Part shown: piece after piece, positions 15,902 through 19,681 of the stretch
Layout of the letters: the number at the start of each line of letters is the position of its first letter
Position numbering within the stretch: position 1 is the first letter of the stretch
Assembly: GCA_031431875.1 (NCBI GenBank)
Contig: JANPEF010000018.1
Location: forward strand, 1 to 19,681
Origin: Candidatus Eiseniibacteriota bacterium
GTDB lineage: Bacteria; Eisenbacteria; RBG-16-71-46; DASYSL01
Reading direction: 5' to 3'
DNA: 19,681 nt
Position numbers and translations under genes: made by a program
The notes under the pieces: model-generated
Database searches by the model: none
The model's input: only the letters and a program-made list of their open reading frames with translations
What the model was told of the DNA's origin: nothing

Positions 15902-18267
15902 GCCGCCCGATCCGATCCCTGCGCGGAGCGGCGCCGACGTTCGCCATCGCCGTCACGATGCTCTTCGCGTCGGCGCTCGCGCCGGAGCAAGCCCTGGCCC
16001 AGTGCACCTATCCTGTGCTCACCAGTGGAACGGTCGTCTCGCTCGGCAGCGGGGCGACGCCGCAGTTCAGCATGGGCGCCGACGCTTGGTGCGCGGTCGG
16101 CGTTCGTGGCCCGGTCGGCGACGATTGGGACCTGACCGTGAACTCAGCGACTGGAGCCTTCCCCGGATGCGTCGCGGGAGGCCTCTCGTCCTCGACCTAT
16201 GGAGCCGGCACTGTCGACTTCGTGATCGGCGACTTCAACTCCGGTGCGAATCCCCTCGGCACCTACTACGCGCAGTCCTACCGCTTCTCCGGCGTGGGAG
16301 CGGCGGCCGATGTCGAGTGGGACGACGACAACGACTATCTCCTGCCCAACGTCTACCCGACCGTGCGCTCGACCGGACCGGGCGACGTCCTCGAGTGCTG
16401 GGACACGTATCTCGCTGCCGGATATACGTACACGCTGAGCCATGTCTCGTTCGGATCGGCGACGACGCGCGCCTTCCTGTTCCGCAATCCCGCCGCCGGC
16501 GCCTACTGGGTCGGGCGGTCGAGCCGCGTGATGGAGATCGGGATGAACACCACGGGGGCATACACGGCGCCCACGTCGGGCTGGTACGGGGTGGTCGTCA
16601 CCAACGAGAACGGTGGCTCCAGCAACTACTCGATCGGCATTGCCACCTGTCTGCCGCCGGAGCCGCTCGCCAGCGCGTCGCCCTCAATCGTTATCGGGCC
16701 GAACAGCTGGACATACTTCGACCAGAGCAACAACTACTACACCGCGGTCGCGGTGCGGTCGAACGACCCGTCCCAGGACTGGGACCTTGGCGTCTTCGGG
16801 GCGGTGTCCGGCAGCCCGCACCCGTACTGCTTCGGAAACGGCCTGGCCTCGTCCGCCTATGGCAGCGGCAAGGCCGACGTGATCATCGGCGACTTCAACG
16901 GCGGGGCCAATTTCGCGGGGCGGTATTACGCTCATGCGCTCGCCTACGGGGGCTCGACATCCCCCGCCCGCGTGGAGTGGGACGACGGCGTCGAGCAGCT
17001 CGCCATCGACCAGCCATCCATCGTGCGCACGACCGGCGCGAACGACATCATCGAGTGCTGGGATGTCTTCCTGACGGCTGGCCAGTGGTACACGTTCGAC
17101 TTCGCGGCTGAGGGCGCGGACCTCAAGTACATGGTCGTGCGGAATCCGGGCAGCACATTCTGGGTCAACCGCAGCTCTCCAGACGTCGCCGAGTTCAACG
17201 CCAGCGAGCAGTATCTCGCCCAGACCAGCGACTGGTACGCCGTGGTCGTCGTGAACGACAACGGCGCCGAGGGCAGTTATCGCCTCGGCATCTCGACCTG
17301 CCCGCAGGAGGCGTACCCGCTGCCCGCGAACTTCACCGTCTACAGCCAGTACGACTGGAAGTACGCCTCACAGGCCGATCCCGATTCCGCCCGCTGGATG
17401 GCGTTTGCCACGCGCTCGCGCAACCCGGCCCAGGACTGGGACGTGACGATGTTCAGCGACTTCACCGGCGGCACGGGCGCAACGGGATGCGCCACTGGCA
17501 CCCTGGCCTCATCGGCGTACGGCTCGGGCTGGGCGGACTATGTCGTAGGGTACCGGCGCTACAACCCGCCCAGCTTCGTCTTCGGCTTCCCGTTCGCGTT
17601 CGGCTCGACCACCTCCGACGGCCTCCTGATGTGGGACGAGGCCGACCCTCTCACGGTGGACGCGCCGACGACGAACGGCAGCATCGTGCCGGAGGACATC
17701 GTCGAGGTGTACGACGTGGAGCTCAAGGCCGGCTGGGAGTACGAGGTCCAGTTCACTCCGGTCGGCGCAGTCAATCTGCACTTCTCGGTGTTCGGGAACC
17801 CGGCCGGGGCGACCTACTGGAGCGGCCGCGGGGGTGCGATGCTCGCGGAGGCGAACACCACGACGAGCTTCATCGCACCGTTCGCCGGACGGTACGCGAT
17901 CGTGGTGGCGAGCGAGTCGGAAGCGACGGGCACCTACGGATTGCGCGTCGCCCGCGGTCTCGTCGCCGTCGGCGATCCGCCGGTCGGGCGGACCCGACTC
18001 GTCGGGCTCTCCCCGAACCCGGCGCGCGGGGCGACCCGAATCACCTACGAGCTCGCGTCGCCGGGCGCAGCCTCGTTTGCGGTATTCGATCTCGCCGGGC
18101 GGCGGGTGGCGACCCTGACCGCGCCATCGGGCTCGGCAGGAGCGTCCAGCGTCGTATGGAGCGGTCGCGACGAGGACGGACGCGCGGTCGCGACGGGCGT
18201 CTACTTCGTGAGCATGCTGCACGAGGGTCGGGCGGTGGGCGAGTCGAGACTGGTCCTCCTGCGCTGA
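15898..18267 (+). CDS. Secreted protein with three ~215-aa tandem repeats (PPC-like beta-sandwich pairs) and FlgD-Ig/T9SS-CTD-like C-terminus, 789 aa
   Basis: Signal peptide ending ALA-Q. Repeats start at Cys codons 16003, 16648 and 17299 and share DWD[LV], L[AS]SSxYG, WD[DE], L-x-AG-x-x-Y, NP and Y[AG][VI]VV. C-terminus SPNPARGATRITYEL...VFDLAGRRVATL...WSGRDEDGRAVATGVYFV. Confidence 0.9.
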   Translation: MSRPIRSLRGAAPTFAIAVTMLFASALAPEQALAQCTYPVLTSGTVVSLGSGATPQFSMGADAWCAVGVRGPVGDDWDLTVNSATGAFPGCVAGGLSSSTYGAGTVDFVIGDFNSGANPLGTYYAQSYRFSGVGAAADVEWDDDNDYLLPNVYPTVRSTGPGDVLECWDTYLAAGYTYTLSHVSFGSATTRAFLFRNPAAGAYWVGRSSRVMEIGMNTTGAYTAPTSGWYGVVVTNENGGSSNYSIGIATCLPPEPLASASPSIVIGPNSWTYFDQSNNYYTAVAVRSNDPSQDWDLGVFGAVSGSPHPYCFGNGLASSAYGSGKADVIIGDFNGGANFAGRYYAHALAYGGSTSPARVEWDDGVEQLAIDQPSIVRTTGANDIIECWDVFLTAGQWYTFDFAAEGADLKYMVVRNPGSTFWVNRSSPDVAEFNASEQYLAQTSDWYAVVVVNDNGAEGSYRLGISTCPQEAYPLPANFTVYSQYDWKYASQADPDSARWMAFATRSRNPAQDWDVTMFSDFTGGTGATGCATGTLASSAYGSGWADYVVGYRRYNPPSFVFGFPFAFGSTTSDGLLMWDEADPLTVDAPTTNGSIVPEDIVEVYDVELKAGWEYEVQFTPVGAVNLHFSVFGNPAGATYWSGRGGAMLAEANTTTSFIAPFAGRYAIVVASESEATGTYGLRVARGLVAVGDPPVGRTRLVGLSPNPARGATRITYELASPGAASFAVFDLAGRRVATLTAPSGSAGASSVVWSGRDEDGRAVATGVYFVSMLHEGRAVGESRLVLLR

Positions 18268-18288
18268 TCTGAATCGACTCGAGTCAGG

Positions 18289-18324
18289 GCGGCCGTCCGC
18301 GCGTGGCGCGGGCGGCCGCTTCGT
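18289..18324 (+). terminator. Intrinsic terminator-like hairpin
   Basis: GCGGCCGTCCGCGC-GTG-GCGCGGGCGGCCGC (14 bp with one G-U) followed by TTCGT, about 20 nt after stop 18267. Confidence 0.55.
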
Positions 18325-18538
18325 CGCGATGCGCCCGGAGGTGACGATCGCGACTGCGCGCCGTTGCCAGCCCTGATCCCCCGACCGACCCGGCGTATCC
18401 TGAACGACCCGTCGCTCAATCCGAGTTCCTCGAGCTCTCGAACCCGAGCAAATTTGCAGCCAGGTCCGGCAGCAGCGTCGGTCGCCGACGCCACCGGACT
18501 CCGCCCCATTCTCCGCTAAGCTGTTGGCCTGCAAGGAC

Positions 18539-18582
18539 GAAGGGGTGGCCGAGCGGTCGAGGGCGGCGCTCTTGAAGGACCG
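18539..18582 (+). pseudogene. Degenerate 5' half of tRNA-Ser(TGA)
   Basis: GAAGGGG-TG-GCCGAGCGGTCGAGGGC-G-GCGCT-CTTGAAG-GACCG contains the acceptor 5' strand, T8, a serine-type D arm and anticodon TGA at 18573-18575. The anticodon stem is disrupted, and no variable arm or GTTCRA T-arm follows. Confidence 0.6.
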
Positions 18583-18673
18583 ACACCCCTCCTGCGCGCC
18601 ATGGGCAAACTGGGTGCTCGCAGTGCGCGGCTCGTGTTTGGTGGCGACTTGCGGGTGAGGGCCGATCCTTTAC

Positions 18674-18702
18674 TTTGTTCGGGTACCGAACAATGTTACC
18701 GT
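18674..18702 (+). promoter_or_regulatory. Palindromic operator-like site overlapping a putative promoter
   Basis: TTGTTCGG-GTA-CCGAACAA (18675-18693) is a perfect 8-bp inverted repeat, immediately followed by TG-T-TACCGT (extended -10-like). Confidence 0.5.
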
Positions 18703-18926
18703 GGCCGCGCAGTCGATGAAGGGGCCCCTTGGGCCCCATGAACCGTGGCCACGAGGACGAGTGGCCCGGTTGCCCCAGCTTCTCCGCCATCGCGAGACAT
18801 TCCCGTTGCCGGGCTCTGCCACCGTTGTTTCCCGGGTTGCGGGTGTCTTCTCACGAGTCCGGTTCCGACACGCGGAACGATTTCAGGAAGCGGAGAAGGA
18901 CCATCCGTAGGAAGGTCGTGAGTGAT

Positions 18927-19547
18927 ATGAGCGTCTTGATCAAGATCTTCGCGAGTTCGTTCTGCATGCTGGCGCTGACGTTGACCGCGGGCCAAGCCTC
19001 CGCGGCGAATCTTCTCAGCAACCCCGGTTTCGAGACCGGGTCCCTGGCTCCCTGGGCGGGTGTCGGCGGCCTCGCCGCGAATGCCACGATCACTGTCCTG
19101 TCTCCGGACAACGGTCCATCGGCGCCCGGGACCTTTCACGCGTTCCTCGACAACCGTGCGGAGGCCAACGGGCTGACCATGGCGCAGACGACCGCGCTCG
19201 GCACCGCGGTTCCGGGAAGGGTCTACTACTCGTTTGATCTGAAGCTCGGCACGGCGGCCAATGGCGGTGTGTTCTTCGTGGAGATCTTCGCTCAGAACGC
19301 GGGCGGTGCCGTCATCGGCAATGCAGGACTGCTGGGGAATTTCGCCCCGGCCAACTGGACCACCTACAGCGGCTCGTTCATCGCTCCGGCGGGCACGGAC
19401 CACCTGACGATCCAGTTCGAGGCGCCGACGGGAGCCGTGACCGGGAGCGTGTCCTCCATGAAGGTCGACAACGTGGATCTCCACCAGGACGTGGTGGTGC
19501 CCGCGGAAGGCGCCTCCTGGGGCCGCGTGAAGGGTCTGTACCGCTGA
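18927..19547 (+). CDS. Secreted CBM4/9-like (galactose-binding-like jelly-roll) protein with C-terminal SWGxVK tail, 206 aa
   Basis: Signal peptide ending ASA, then ANLLSNPGFETGSLAPW...YYSFDLK...WTTYSGSFIAPAGT...MKVDNVDL. Ends VPAEGASWGRVKGLYR. Alternative start GTG 18918. Confidence 0.87.
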   Translation: MSVLIKIFASSFCMLALTLTAGQASAANLLSNPGFETGSLAPWAGVGGLAANATITVLSPDNGPSAPGTFHAFLDNRAEANGLTMAQTTALGTAVPGRVYYSFDLKLGTAANGGVFFVEIFAQNAGGAVIGNAGLLGNFAPANWTTYSGSFIAPAGTDHLTIQFEAPTGAVTGSVSSMKVDNVDLHQDVVVPAEGASWGRVKGLYR

Positions 19548-19580
19548 TATGGCATGACCTCTTGTCAAGCTGGTCCACAC

Positions 19581-19614
19581 GCGACCACCGCTCCGGCGGT
19601 GGTCGCTGTGTTTT
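19581..19614 (+). terminator. Intrinsic terminator
   Basis: GCGACCACCGC-TCCG-GCGGTGGTCGC (perfect 11 bp) followed by TGTGTTTT. Confidence 0.75.
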
Positions 19615-19681
19615 GGGGAGATGAGCTTCTGGAAGGACGGACGCGGAAGTCGCCGACGGCGTGTCACTCTGATATCCGCGG

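Noticed and set aside
18460..18477. CAGGTCCGGCAGCAGC resembles the SRP (4.5S) RNA core, as does GGTCGGAAGGA near 15300
   Set aside because: Neither has the complete CAGG-TCC-GGAA-GGA-AGCAG helix or a long enclosing stem.
18539..18601. Functional tRNA-Ser
   Set aside because: No T-arm or variable arm, and the anticodon stem does not pair. Kept only as a remnant.
18601..18660. GGGCAAAC as the start of a c-di-GMP-I riboswitch
   Set aside because: The downstream GAAA-capped stem and GACGCAAAGC element are missing.
57..18926. ORF-track upstream starts at 57, 4673, 9502, 10985, 15219, 15310, 15446 and 18729
   Set aside because: The extensions overlap other genes, promoters or terminators. Downstream starts have an RBS or stop-start overlap, and most are followed directly by signal peptides.

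Overview
High-GC bacterial window with about 16 likely genes, mostly exported or cell-envelope proteins. In order: the 3' end of an amidohydrolase, a formylglycine-generating enzyme (FGE/SUMF1) family gene, a LEA2/WHy-like lipoprotein, a Cys-rich repeat protein behind a sigma54-like promoter, two coupled uncharacterised lipoproteins, a VOC protein, a Ser/Thr kinase with TolB-like propeller repeats, an NTF2-like protein and a run of secreted proteins. The main observation is that four unrelated small secreted proteins (5991+, 10304+, 15129-, 18927+) end in the same 16-17 aa tail, [VT]P-x4-[ST]WG-x-[VL]K-x-[LQ]Y[RK]. Two large secreted proteins (11141+, 15898+) end instead in a FlgD-Ig/T9SS-CTD-like domain. 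This suggests two parallel C-terminal sorting signals, and I cannot assign the short one to a named system. There is also a degenerate tRNA-Ser(TGA) 5' fragment next to an IHF-like motif (possible att scar) and two probable leaderless genes. Gene content suggests an FCB-group candidate lineage such as Ca. Eisenbacteria or Krumholzibacteriota (inference only). No CRISPR array, rRNA, intact tRNA, transposase or integrase was seen. Family calls come from motif recognition, not database searches.
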